Shown piece by piece: positions 1 to 12,367 of a stretch of DNA of 64,000 bases. Below the pieces are notes generated by a model that had not been told where the DNA came from, ran no database searches, and saw only the letters and a list, made by a program, of their open reading frames with translations. A program made the position numbers and the translations under genes. The stretch's first letter is position 1, and each line of letters starts with the position of its first letter. Location of the stretch: assembly GCA_039589315.1 (NCBI GenBank), contig JBDHHQ010000003.1:1-64000 (forward strand). The letters run 5' to 3'. The DNA comes from Gemmatimonadota bacterium (GTDB taxonomy: Bacteria > Gemmatimonadota > Gemmatimonadetes > Longimicrobiales > Gaopeijiaceae).

Positions 1-342
1 TGGATGGAGGCCGCTTTTCCTGCGAAGCACGGTAAGCTAGCGTAACCGCAGGGGTGAGTCAATCGAGCAAGGCGCCATCGCAGAGGGGCGCGACACCGGT
101 CCCCGGGGAGGCCCTTATGCGGGGGGTATCTGCCGATTCGCCAGGGGATTGCCACACCCCTGAGGGCCAGCTCCCATGGGCGCACTTCAGGAGGGCTGTT
201 CCGGGCGTCGAGAGGCCCGGAATTCTGCAAGGTCGCCTGCGCAACGCACGGGTCGGGCACCTTTCGGGGCAGATGTACCGCGCAGTCGCCTATCGGCGTA
301 GGTCCAAGACATTCATGCGTCTAGCCAGCGTCTTGGCGCTCC

Positions 343-358
343 TGGCCCCGACATTGCA
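343..358 (+). promoter_or_regulatory. sigma54-type -24/-12 promoter
   Basis: TGGCCCCGACATTGCA = GG-N10-GC with TTGCA -12 element. Confidence 0.55.
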
Positions 359-368
359 CTCTTCCCGT

Positions 369-511
369 CACGAAGCCGTCGGTCGCGGTCGCACCGAAGG
401 CGCCACATGACACAATCGAACCGTTCATAAGACGGCCTATCGAGTCGCGCGCGTCCGAGCAGCTTCGACGAAGCCCCGTCCCGGTCCAACCGGGACCGGG
501 GTCTTCGCTTT
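369..511 (+). ncRNA. candidate small RNA (sigma54-dependent)
   Basis: Lies between a sigma54-like promoter and a terminator-like hairpin; several stems; no ORF longer than 7 codons starting within it. Confidence 0.4.
469..511 (+). terminator. intrinsic terminator-like hairpin
   Basis: CGAAG-CCCCG-TCCCGGT-cca-ACCGGGA-c-CGGGG-t-CTTCG followed by CTTT; could also serve the convergent PHP gene. Confidence 0.6.
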
Positions 512-526
512 GAGGGCGACCCGCGC

Positions 527-1402
527 CTACAGCCCCCCCGCCTCGATCAGGTCTGCGACCTCGTCGGCGTTGACGAAGAAGTCCCCGAGCTCCGTGCCGC
601 CCTCGGGGCCGTGCCAATCGGATCCACTGACGAAGAAGTCCCCGAGCTCCGTGCCGCCCTCGGGGCCGTGCCAATCGGATCCACCAGACATGAACAATCC
701 GTGGACCTGTGCCCGGCGCTCGAGGCGCAGCACTTGGTCGGGGTGGTTGCGCGGACGGTACACCTCGATGCCACGGAGGCCGCTCTGCACGAAGCGCGGC
801 AAGAGGGTCTCCAGAAGGTCGGCTGGGGGGTGGGCCCACACGGGGAGTCCGTCCGCGTCCAGAATGATCCGAACCGCCTCCCAGGGGCTGGCCAGCGATG
901 CGGGGAGGAACGCGGGATGACGGTCGCCGATCAGCCGATCGAAGGCGTCGGCGTTGCTCGAAGCGTGACCGGCCTCGACGAGCGCCCTCGCCAGGTGCGG
1001 GCGGCCCACGGTCGTCCATGAGGAGCCCGCCTTCTCGAGTACGGCGTCGGCGTCCACGCGCACACCCTGGTCCGCGAGGCGAGCGATCATCGCCCGCATG
1101 CGGTCTGCCCTGACCTGACGACCCTTGGTCTGGTGCTCCACCAGGGAGGCGGCCGACGGGTCGACGAAGTATCCCAGCACGTGGATCTCCCGTCCTTCGT
1201 GGGTCGAGCTGACCTCTATGCCCGGGATGACTTGAATCGGTCTATCCCTGGCCACTTCCGTGGCGCCGGTGACCCCCACGGTCGTGTCGTGATCCGTGAT
1301 GGCGATGACGTCGAGGCGCGCGACCAGAGCCGCTTCCACGACCTCCTCGGGCGACCGGGATCCGTCTGATGCCGTCGTGTGGACGTGCAGATCGAGCTTC
1401 AT
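527..1402 (-). CDS. PHP-domain phosphoesterase (TrpH/YciV-like)
   Basis: DLHVHTTASDG, ITDHD, GIEVS, GRPH, AHP and GSDWHG motifs. Confidence 0.9.
   Translation of the reverse strand: MKLDLHVHTTASDGSRSPEEVVEAALVARLDVIAITDHDTTVGVTGATEVARDRPIQVIPGIEVSSTHEGREIHVLGYFVDPSAASLVEHQTKGRQVRADRMRAMIARLADQGVRVDADAVLEKAGSSWTTVGRPHLARALVEAGHASSNADAFDRLIGDRHPAFLPASLASPWEAVRIILDADGLPVWAHPPADLLETLLPRFVQSGLRGIEVYRPRNHPDQVLRLERRAQVHGLFMSGGSDWHGPEGGTELGDFFVSGSDWHGPEGGTELGDFFVNADEVADLIEAGGL
571..684. repeat. exact 57-bp tandem duplication (571-627, 628-684)
   Basis: TGACGAAGAAGTCCCCGAGC...CAATCGGATCCAC occurs twice head-to-tail; duplicates 19 codons. Confidence 0.95.
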
Positions 1403-1460
1403 GTACGGGGTCTACTCTCCTCCTCCGACGTGTCCGGTCCCTTGGCGGCGGACGCTTACG

Positions 1461-1498
1461 CGAGGGGGCAGCGTGGCCGCGGCCACTCCGCCCCCTCG
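1461..1498. other. strong intergenic hairpin after atpC
   Basis: CGAGGGGGC...GCCCCCTCG enclosing palindrome GTGGCCGCGGCCAC; no U-tract. Confidence 0.55.
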
Positions 1499-1553
1499 AA
1501 GCTCGGCCTCGGCCGCGGCTCCCCGCGCCATCTCGCGGCGTATCGCCCGGAAG

Positions 1554-1904
1554 TCAGGCCAGCGGATTGAGGGCCGATCCACCCCCCAGGAAGTCCTCGG
1601 GCGTGTTGAGGAGCACCCCGGCGGGGAGCTCTTCGGGCTCCTCATGGTGGGTGAACTCGGTGAGCACCGTCACCTCGTTCCGCTCGACCTTCAACGCGCC
1701 TCCCGCCACCCACCACGCCTCGCGGGCCCCGTCGGGCCGATCGACGATCAGATGCCCGGCCCCGAGCAGCGTGATGAAGGGGGCGTGGTTCGGAAGGATC
1801 CCTACTCGACCGTCCCACGCGGGCGCGACGATTCCGGTGGCCTCGCCCTGGTAGGCCACGCGCTCCGGTGACACGACCCGGATCACGTAAAGCGTGTCGG
1901 CCAC
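1554..1904 (-). CDS. atpC: ATP synthase F1 epsilon subunit
   Basis: VVSPER...GILPNHAPFIT...VAGG; follows atpD. Confidence 0.92.
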   Translation of the reverse strand: MADTLYVIRVVSPERVAYQGEATGIVAPAWDGRVGILPNHAPFITLLGAGHLIVDRPDGAREAWWVAGGALKVERNEVTVLTEFTHHEEPEELPAGVLLNTPEDFLGGGSALNPLA

Positions 1905-1906
1905 AG

Positions 1907-4241
<2,335 letters not shown>

Positions 4242-4267
4242 TTGGGCCTAACTCCCGCTGGGCTGGG

Positions 4268-5839
<1,572 letters not shown>

Positions 5840-5904
5840 CGTTCTCCGCGTCTCCGAGTGGGTCACGGGCTCGTCCGGTGGACGCCCCGTTCCGTTGTAT
5901 TGGG

Positions 5905-6489
5905 TCAGCCCGCCGCCGCCGGGCCCTCCGCATTCTGTCCATCAGGCAGCGCGGCCTTCAGCAGCAGCCGTCTCATGCCCGCCATCTTCCGACGCAGGGA
6001 TCCATCGTAGATGGTGTCTCCGGCGCGGACGACGACACCTCCGAGAATCTCCGGCTTGACTCGGACGTGGGGCACGGCCCGCTTGCCGAGCACCTCGGAA
6101 AGGGACCGGGCGAGAGCCTCGACGTGCTCGTCGTCGAACGCTCGGGCCACGGTCACCTCCACGTGCGCTCTTCCCAGGTGCTCGTCCAACAGGTCGTGAT
6201 AGGCTTCCGCGATCTGTCGAAGGAGCCGCTGGCGGCGCTTGTCAACGGTGACCTGCAAGAAGTTGAGGACGTGGCGGGGAAAGCGATCCGCGAACGCCTC
6301 GCGCAGGACCCTCTTCTTGTCAGCAGCGGCGATCCTGGGTGTCTCCAGGAAGCGCTTGAAGTCCGGGTTTTCAGCGAGAAGCCGGGCCAGCGTCTCCATG
6401 GCCGAGCCGTACTCCTCGAGCTGATCCTCCTTGCGGGCGAGTTCAAAGAGAGCGTCGGCATAGCTCCGAGCTATGGTCTCGTCCCTCAC
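5905..6489 (-). CDS. atpH: ATP synthase F1 delta subunit
   Basis: [27 protein letters not shown]. Confidence 0.95.
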   Translation of the reverse strand: MRDETIARSYADALFELARKEDQLEEYGSAMETLARLLAENPDFKRFLETPRIAAADKKRVLREAFADRFPRHVLNFLQVTVDKRRQRLLRQIAEAYHDLLDEHLGRAHVEVTVARAFDDEHVEALARSLSEVLGKRAVPHVRVKPEILGGVVVRAGDTIYDGSLRRKMAGMRRLLLKAALPDGQNAEGPAAAG

Positions 6490-7088
6490 GCCCGAGCTCC
6501 CTCACCGCGGTTCTGGAGGCTCACGATGTAGGACGCTGCGAGCTCGCGATCCTGTTCTGCGTCCAGCTTCTGGCTCACCAAGCGTGACGCGACGGCGAGG
6601 GCCAGCTCGACGGACTCCCGGCGGAGCTCCTCCAGGGCGGCCTCCTTCTCCCGCCCGATCTCCCGTCGGGCCGCCTCGATGAGCGACTGCCCCTCGGAGC
6701 GGGCCTTCTCCTCGATCTCTCGCCGGACGCGCTGGCCGGCCTCCCGACCGTCGGCCACGATCTGCTGGGCTTCCGTGCGGGCGGCAGCCAGGTGCTGCCG
6801 CTGCTCGGCCACCAGCGCCTTGATCTCCTCCGACTGCTTGCTCGCCTGGTCCAGAGAGTCCTGGATCCGCTGCTCGCGAGCGTCCACGGCCGCCAGGATC
6901 GGGCCCCAGGCGTACCGTCCGAGCACGAAGACCAGGAGAAGGAATACGACGATGGTCCAGATGCTGAGGCCGGGGTTGATGTCGAAGAGGCCGCCCCCGC
7001 CTTCGGCCCCGTGCTCCTGTGCCACCACGGCGGCCGGGCTCGAGACGAGCGACGCCAGTGCCAGCAGAAGCCTGCCTTGAACGTTCAT
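6486..7088 (-). CDS. atpF: ATP synthase Fo b subunit
   Basis: TM helix then AWGPIL...RE..I and long coiled coil; operon position. Confidence 0.93.
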   Translation of the reverse strand: MNVQGRLLLALASLVSSPAAVVAQEHGAEGGGGLFDINPGLSIWTIVVFLLLVFVLGRYAWGPILAAVDAREQRIQDSLDQASKQSEEIKALVAEQRQHLAAARTEAQQIVADGREAGQRVRREIEEKARSEGQSLIEAARREIGREKEAALEELRRESVELALAVASRLVSQKLDAEQDRELAASYIVSLQNRGEGARA

Positions 7089-7212
7089 GATCCTCTTCCT
7101 CGTGGAGCTTCGAGAGTTGGCGCGCTGGTGGGTCGGACGGACCCGGCCCCGGGGGGTCCTGGCCTTGCGTCCGTGACCCGGGCAAGCAGCCCGACGCGTG
7201 ACCTCGACTCCT

Positions 7213-7485
7213 CTAGAAGAACTTGAAGAGGATGGTGATGACCAGGCCGAACAGCGCGGCTCCCTCGATCAGGGCGGCGAAGATGATCCCTGCCGTCTGG
7301 ATCGTCCCTGCGGCCTCGGGCTGACGGGCGATCCCCTGGACCGCGTCCCCGCCGATGCGACCGATGCCGATCCCGGCGCCGATCACGGAGAGGCCGATGC
7401 CAATCCCGGCTCCCAGGAGGCCCAGGTTGTTCTTGGCCGCCTCGGCGGACAGCTCCTGAAGCGCGCTGAGCGTGGCAATCAACAT
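7213..7485 (-). CDS. atpE: ATP synthase Fo c subunit
   Basis: GxGxGxG, ARQPEA loop, LIEG proton-carrying Glu. Confidence 0.96.
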   Translation of the reverse strand: MLIATLSALQELSAEAAKNNLGLLGAGIGIGLSVIGAGIGIGRIGGDAVQGIARQPEAAGTIQTAGIIFAALIEGAALFGLVITILFKFF

Positions 7486-7529
7486 GATGCTCTTCTCTAC
7501 TCTCTAGGGTGTGAGTGGTACTGCCTGAA

Positions 7530-8459
7530 TCAATGCGCGTGACGGATCAGGCCCAGGAAGACCGCGGTCAACATCGCGAAGATGTAGGCCTGCAAGAACG
7601 CTACGAATACCTCTAGACACATCACCGCGACGGACATGCCGATCGAAAGGCCGGCGATGGGCCACCGGCCCAACGTCATCGTCCCGAACATGAAGATGAT
7701 CCCCAACAGCGACAGGACGAGCGTGTGTCCCGCCGTCATGTTCGCGAACAGTCGGATGGCCAGTGCGAAGGGCTTCGCCATCTTGCCCATGAGCTCCACC
7801 GGCGTCATGACAACCAGCATCACGACCTTCCAAAAGAAGCTCATCCCGGGCGGGATGAAGAAGATCGTGCGGGCGTACCCCTTGGCACCCAGCGAACGCA
7901 TCCCGCTCACCTCGACGACCACCAGCGTGACCAGGGCCAGCGCGGCGGTCACGGAGAGGTTGCCCGTCGCAGTCGCGCCGAAGGGGATCAACCCGAAGAG
8001 GTTCATGAACAGGATGAAGAAGAACAGCGTCAGGATGAGAGGGGTGTAGGCGTCTGCGCCATGGCCGATGTTCGGCCGAACCACCTCGTCGCGGAAGTAC
8101 AGGATCAGCGCCTCGAGGGCGTTCGCCAGTCCGCGTGGTGCCTTGCTCGGATCGTGATTCGCGAGTCTGCGAGCCATGGTCAGGAACAACACCAGCGAAG
8201 CGACGGCGGCCAGAAGCAGAAACACCACGTGCTTCGTGGGCGACAGATCGATGGCCAACGAGCCCAGGTGGATCGGCTCCCACTGCGGCAGGTGGAGCGT
8301 CCACCCGAAGAACTCCAACTCGGAGCCGTCGGTCAGGTGGTGCATGAGCATGCCCTGGAGGTCCAGACCGCCACCGGCGGCCTCGGCCGCCGCCTCGTGG
8401 CCAGCCGCCTCCTGGCCCTGCTCATTCGCCTGTACCAGCGAGAACAGATTCCCGGTCAT
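7530..8459 (-). CDS. atpB: ATP synthase Fo a subunit
   Basis: KPFALAIRLFANMTAGH, LQAYIFAML. Confidence 0.97.
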   Translation of the reverse strand: MTGNLFSLVQANEQGQEAAGHEAAAEAAGGGLDLQGMLMHHLTDGSELEFFGWTLHLPQWEPIHLGSLAIDLSPTKHVVFLLLAAVASLVLFLTMARRLANHDPSKAPRGLANALEALILYFRDEVVRPNIGHGADAYTPLILTLFFFILFMNLFGLIPFGATATGNLSVTAALALVTLVVVEVSGMRSLGAKGYARTIFFIPPGMSFFWKVVMLVVMTPVELMGKMAKPFALAIRLFANMTAGHTLVLSLLGIIFMFGTMTLGRWPIAGLSIGMSVAVMCLEVFVAFLQAYIFAMLTAVFLGLIRHAH

Positions 8460-8830
8460 CCTCGTGCCGTCCTGCCTGCCTTCTCTTTGAAAAAGATCGG
8501 TTCAACCAAGATCAAGCCGAAGAAGAACCCTGCCAACGCCAACAACGTGGGCACGGGAGCGACCCGCTCGGCGCCCATGAGCAAGAAAGCCACCACGCCG
8601 ATGATGGCTACGCGCACCACCGTGCCTCCGGCCCAAACCACCAGAAACGCCTTCATACGATCACGAAAGCGCACCAACAGCCAGAAAGCGACAACCTGTA
8701 CGGGGTAAGCGATCAACGCGGCGAGCGCGACGCCGGCCCGTCCTCGGGCATCGAGAAACGGCGTGAGAACGACGAGAGCCAGGAGCAGCAGCAGCATGGC
8801 CACTCCCGCGTACCGTAAGACTTCCCTCAG
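8456..8830 (-). CDS. AtpI-like membrane protein (start uncertain: CTG 8830 or ATG 8797)
   Basis: Four hydrophobic segments; position between AtpZ-like gene and atpB. Confidence 0.7.
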   Translation of the reverse strand: MREVLRYAGVAMLLLLLALVVLTPFLDARGRAGVALAALIAYPVQVVAFWLLVRFRDRMKAFLVVWAGGTVVRVAIIGVVAFLLMGAERVAPVPTLLALAGFFFGLILVEPIFFKEKAGRTARG

Positions 8831-9078
8831 CGGTCCTCCTCGTTCTCGGCCTGGCGCGGCTCCACCACGAGGTGGTGGTAGAGGTTGTAAAAGCCTGCCG
8901 CGCCCCCGAAGAATGCTCCCAGGATCAATAGCAAAGGGGCCGTTCCCAGGCGGACGTCCAGCCACCAACCGACCAGGAGGAACAGGAGAGTGGAGAAGGC
9001 AAAGGTCAGCCCGTGGCCCATGTGACGTCCGACTCCCACCCAGACGTTCGGGCCCTCCGAATTGTCCTCCCCGGCCAT
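8827..9078 (-). CDS. AtpZ/AtpI-family (ATPase gene 1) protein
   Basis: GWWLD..LGT.P.L...G...G..AG motif; first gene of atp operon. Confidence 0.85.
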   Translation of the reverse strand: MAGEDNSEGPNVWVGVGRHMGHGLTFAFSTLLFLLVGWWLDVRLGTAPLLLILGAFFGGAAGFYNLYHHLVVEPRQAENEEDR

Positions 9079-9114
9079 GGCATTCTCTCCGCCCGAAAGG
9101 CCGATAGCCTGCGG

Positions 9115-9143
9115 AAGGTAGAAGTTTGTGAAAAAATGCGCAA
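9115..9143 (-). promoter_or_regulatory. sigma70-type promoter of atp operon
   Basis: TTGCGC-N17-TACCTT on minus strand. Confidence 0.6.
9126..9143. promoter_or_regulatory. Rex-like operator
   Basis: TTGTGAAAAAATGCGCAA vs consensus TTGTGAA-N4-TTCACAA (2 mismatches), overlapping -35/spacer. Confidence 0.6.
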
Positions 9144-9204
9144 GCGTCGCGGGCCCCCTTTGGACGGAGAGGTAGCCGCGTGCCCGTAGAGCGCTCCGAA
9201 AGTA

Positions 9205-9234
9205 TTGACGGGCTTCGCTTTTCTCGCCTATTCT
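9205..9234 (+). promoter_or_regulatory. sigma70-type promoter of moxR operon
   Basis: TTGACG-N18-TATTCT. Confidence 0.6.
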
Positions 9235-9382
9235 GTCGCCTTGGCCAGCCGGGATCCCCACCGTCGGTCCAGGGTACGGGAGTCGGTCTCCGGAGTGACC
9301 GAAGCTCCACAGGTGATCGCGACCAGAGGCGGGGCATCTGCCACGCAGACCGACCGAGAATCCGGGCAGGACTGAGGGGTCA

Positions 9383-10402
9383 ATGCGGATGAGCGAAGAG
9401 ACGGCGGTTCGGGACCGAGACGAGCTCCTGCTCGATCGGGTGGGCCAGGTGGCCGCCTCGCTCCGCAGGGAGGTGGAGAAGCGAATCGTCGGCCAGCATG
9501 ACGTCGTCGAGGGTCTCTTGACGGCCCTTCTCGCCAACGGCCATGCCCTCCTGGTCGGAGTACCGGGGCTCGCCAAGACCCTCCTGGTGTCCACCCTGGC
9601 TGAGGCGTTGGACCTCAAGTTCAGCCGAATCCAGTTCACACCCGACCTCATGCCCACCGACATCACCGGTACGGAGGTCATCGAAGAGGACCGCACGTCG
9701 GGACGCCGGGTGTTCCGCTTCGTTCAGGGCCCCATCTTCGCCAACGTGGTGCTCGCCGACGAGATCAACCGAACACCGCCCAAGACCCAGGCGGCTCTTC
9801 TCCAGGCCATGCAGGAGCGAGCGGTCACGGCGGGCAGCGACACGTTCCACCTCGATCCGCCGTTCTTCGTCCTGGCGACCCAGAATCCCATCGAGCAGGA
9901 AGGCACCTACCCGCTGCCCGAGGCCCAGTTGGATCGGTTCATGCTCGAGCTGGAGATCGGCTACCCGTCCCTCGAGGAAGAGGAGGAGATCGCCCTCCTG
10001 ACCACGGGCGACGAGCTGCCGATCATCAAGCCCGTCGTCACCGCCGAGGAGCTCATCGAGATCCAGCACCTCGTGAGGCGGGTGCCCGCCTCTCCGTCCC
10101 TCATCTCCTACGCGGTGCGGGTCGCTCGCTCGACGCGGCCCAGCGACGACGCGGCTCCCTCGGTGTCCAAGCGATACGTGAGCTGGGGCGCGGGACCCCG
10201 GGCCTCCCAGTTCCTCGTGCTCGGCGCCAAGGCCCGGGCCGCCGCACGGGGAGACGCGATGCCCTCGTTCGACGACGTGCGGGAAGTCGCCCCGGCCGTG
10301 CTGGCGCACCGGGTCGTTCTCAACTTCGAGGCGGAAGCCGACGGCCGGGCCCCCCGCGACGTGGTCCAGGAGCTCCTCGAGACGACCCGGGAATGGACAT
10401 GA
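9383..10402 (+). CDS. moxR: MoxR-family AAA+ ATPase
   Basis: GVPGLAKT, RIQFTPDLMP, DEINR, ATQNPIEQEGTYPLPEAQLDRF. Confidence 0.93.
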   Translation: MRMSEETAVRDRDELLLDRVGQVAASLRREVEKRIVGQHDVVEGLLTALLANGHALLVGVPGLAKTLLVSTLAEALDLKFSRIQFTPDLMPTDITGTEVIEEDRTSGRRVFRFVQGPIFANVVLADEINRTPPKTQAALLQAMQERAVTAGSDTFHLDPPFFVLATQNPIEQEGTYPLPEAQLDRFMLELEIGYPSLEEEEEIALLTTGDELPIIKPVVTAEELIEIQHLVRRVPASPSLISYAVRVARSTRPSDDAAPSVSKRYVSWGAGPRASQFLVLGAKARAAARGDAMPSFDDVREVAPAVLAHRVVLNFEAEADGRAPRDVVQELLETTREWT

Positions 10403-10517
10403 CCTCCCCTCGGGATTCCGCTCCGGGCGGCGATTCGGGCGACCACCCTCCAAGTACCCGGGCGCCCGAGGCGCACGCTGGCGTCCGGCACGTCCGGGCA
10501 TTCGACGAAGTGCGCCG

Positions 10518-11774
10518 GTGACGGCCCTGGGACTGACCGCGGCTGCGCTGCTCCTGTTGGGGTCGGCGCTCCTCTCCGCCTCGGAAGCGGCCGTCTTTTC
10601 GTTGACGGCCTCGAGCCTGAGGACGCTGGAGGACGAGGGCTTCCGGTACGCGCCCCGTCTGGCGGCGCTCCGTCGGGACCCCGGCCCACTCCGGGCGACC
10701 CTGCTGCTCCTCACCACCCTCCTCAACGTGGGCACTGCAGGGATCGTCGTGGCTGACGCTACGCTCTCGGCCGGCGTCGTGGGCGCGGTGATCGCGCTGC
10801 CGGCCACGGCGCTGGCCGTCTACCTCCTCGGTGAGATGATGCCGCGGGCGGCGGCCGTCCGGCGCCCTGTGAGGCTGGCCCTGGCCTCGGCCCCACTGCT
10901 CACCGCCCTGATCCGGGTGTTCCGGCCGCTGGTGGGTCCCATCGCCCGCCTGGAGGGACTCCTGTCCCAGCTCGAACGGGAAGACGGGCTCACCCGTAAG
11001 GAGCGCGAGGCGATGGAGCTCACGGCCCTCGGACAGGAAGAGGGTGTGGTGGGCGTGGACGAGCATCTACTGGTCGAGCGTGCGTTCCGGCTGGATGAGC
11101 TCACCGTACGCGACGTGATGACGCCGAGGGTCGACATCTTCGCCTGGAAGGACGCGCTGACGCTGGGCGAGGTGGTGGAGCGACTCGACAAGGTGCCCTA
11201 CTCCCGGATCCCCGTCTACGGCGACAGTGTCGACGAGATCACCGGGATCGTCTACGCCCGGGAGATCTACCATCTGTGCGTTGAAGGACAGCGAGACCTC
11301 CCCCTGCGCGAGATCGGACAGGAGCCCTACTTCGTTCCGGCCTCCCTCTCTCTCACACAACTGCTCCGGAACTTCCAGGCCCGGCGGCTCCATCTCGGGA
11401 TCGTGGCCGACGAGTTCGGCGGCACGGATGGCCTGGTGACGTTGGAGGACGTCCTGGAGGAGCTCGTCGGTGAGATCGTGGACGAAACCGACGTGGACGA
11501 GGAACCGCTGATCCGGGTGTCCCGCAGCGAGATCGTCGTGGACGCAGCCATCGACCTGCGGGCGATCAACCACGCCTTCAACGTCTCCCTCCCTCAGTTG
11601 GAATACCGCTCGTTGAACGGCCTGATCCTGGAGGAGCTCGGCCACGTTCCCGCACCCGGCGAGACCATCCAGCAGAACGGGCTCCGCATCGAGATCCTCG
11701 AAGCCAGCGAGACCCAGGTGCTGCGGGCCCGACTGACCAAGATGCCCGTGAGCGGGAAGCCCGAGGGGGACTGA
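10518..11774 (+). CDS. CNNM/CorB (hemolysin-family) CBS-pair membrane protein
   Basis: SASEAA, GEMMPR, VMTPR, YSRIPVY, DEFGGT.GLVTLEDVLEELVGEI, C-terminal CorC-HlyC domain. Confidence 0.9.
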   Translation: MTALGLTAAALLLLGSALLSASEAAVFSLTASSLRTLEDEGFRYAPRLAALRRDPGPLRATLLLLTTLLNVGTAGIVVADATLSAGVVGAVIALPATALAVYLLGEMMPRAAAVRRPVRLALASAPLLTALIRVFRPLVGPIARLEGLLSQLEREDGLTRKEREAMELTALGQEEGVVGVDEHLLVERAFRLDELTVRDVMTPRVDIFAWKDALTLGEVVERLDKVPYSRIPVYGDSVDEITGIVYAREIYHLCVEGQRDLPLREIGQEPYFVPASLSLTQLLRNFQARRLHLGIVADEFGGTDGLVTLEDVLEELVGEIVDETDVDEEPLIRVSRSEIVVDAAIDLRAINHAFNVSLPQLEYRSLNGLILEELGHVPAPGETIQQNGLRIEILEASETQVLRARLTKMPVSGKPEGD

Positions 11775-11776
11775 CG

Positions 11777-12367
11777 GTGGCGCTGCTGATCCCGTTCAAC
11801 GGCAAGCGTCCGAGCGTGGCGCCGGACGCCTTTCTCGCCCCCACGGCGGTGCTCATCGGGGACGTGTCGGTCGGTGCCCAAGCGAGCATCTGGTTCGGTG
11901 CGGTGCTCCGGGGTGACGACCCCGACAACGGCATCGTCATCGGCCCCCGGAGTAGCGTGCAGGACAACTGCCTGGTTCACACGGGCGCCTGGGGCCCCAC
12001 CGTGGTGGGCGCCGACGTGACCGTCGGGCACGGTGCCAAGTTCGAGAGCTGCCGCATCGGCGACGGTTCCATCGTGGGCATGAACGCGGTGATCCTCCAG
12101 GAGGCCGTCGTGGGCGCCCAGTGCGTCGTGGCCGCCGGGTGCGTCGTGCTGGAGAAGGCCGTGATCCCGGACCGCAGCCTCGTGGCAGGTGTTCCCGGCA
12201 GGGTCAGGAGGTCGCTGACTGGCTCGGCGGCGCAGTGGGTGGACCGAGGCGGAGAGCACTACGTGGAGCTCTCGCGTCAGTACCTGTCGGCGGGCGTCGG
12301 ACGGGTGAGCGACGCCCGAGAGGTCCCGGCTGCGGACGCGGGCCCCCCCGGCCGAGACGACACGTGA
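11777..12367 (+). CDS. gamma carbonic anhydrase family protein (YrdA/PaaY-like)
   Basis: Hexapeptide repeats, VLRGD, VQDN, VGHG. Confidence 0.9.
   Translation: MALLIPFNGKRPSVAPDAFLAPTAVLIGDVSVGAQASIWFGAVLRGDDPDNGIVIGPRSSVQDNCLVHTGAWGPTVVGADVTVGHGAKFESCRIGDGSIVGMNAVILQEAVVGAQCVVAAGCVVLEKAVIPDRSLVAGVPGRVRRSLTGSAAQWVDRGGEHYVELSRQYLSAGVGRVSDAREVPAADAGPPGRDDT

Noticed and set aside
54..410. 118-aa ORF
   Set aside because: No motifs, atypical codon pattern, overlaps a putative promoter; treated as non-coding
571..684. CRISPR-like repeat
   Set aside because: Only two adjacent copies, no spacer, inside a CDS, no cas genes
7095..7205. Structured atpE-atpF spacer as a novel ncRNA
   Set aside because: Intercistronic stem-loops after atpE are adequately explained by mRNA stabilisation or stoichiometry control
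7213..7485. Na+-coupled or N-type ATPase
   Set aside because: c subunit has IEGA, not the Q...ES/T Na+ signature; gene order is the standard F-type
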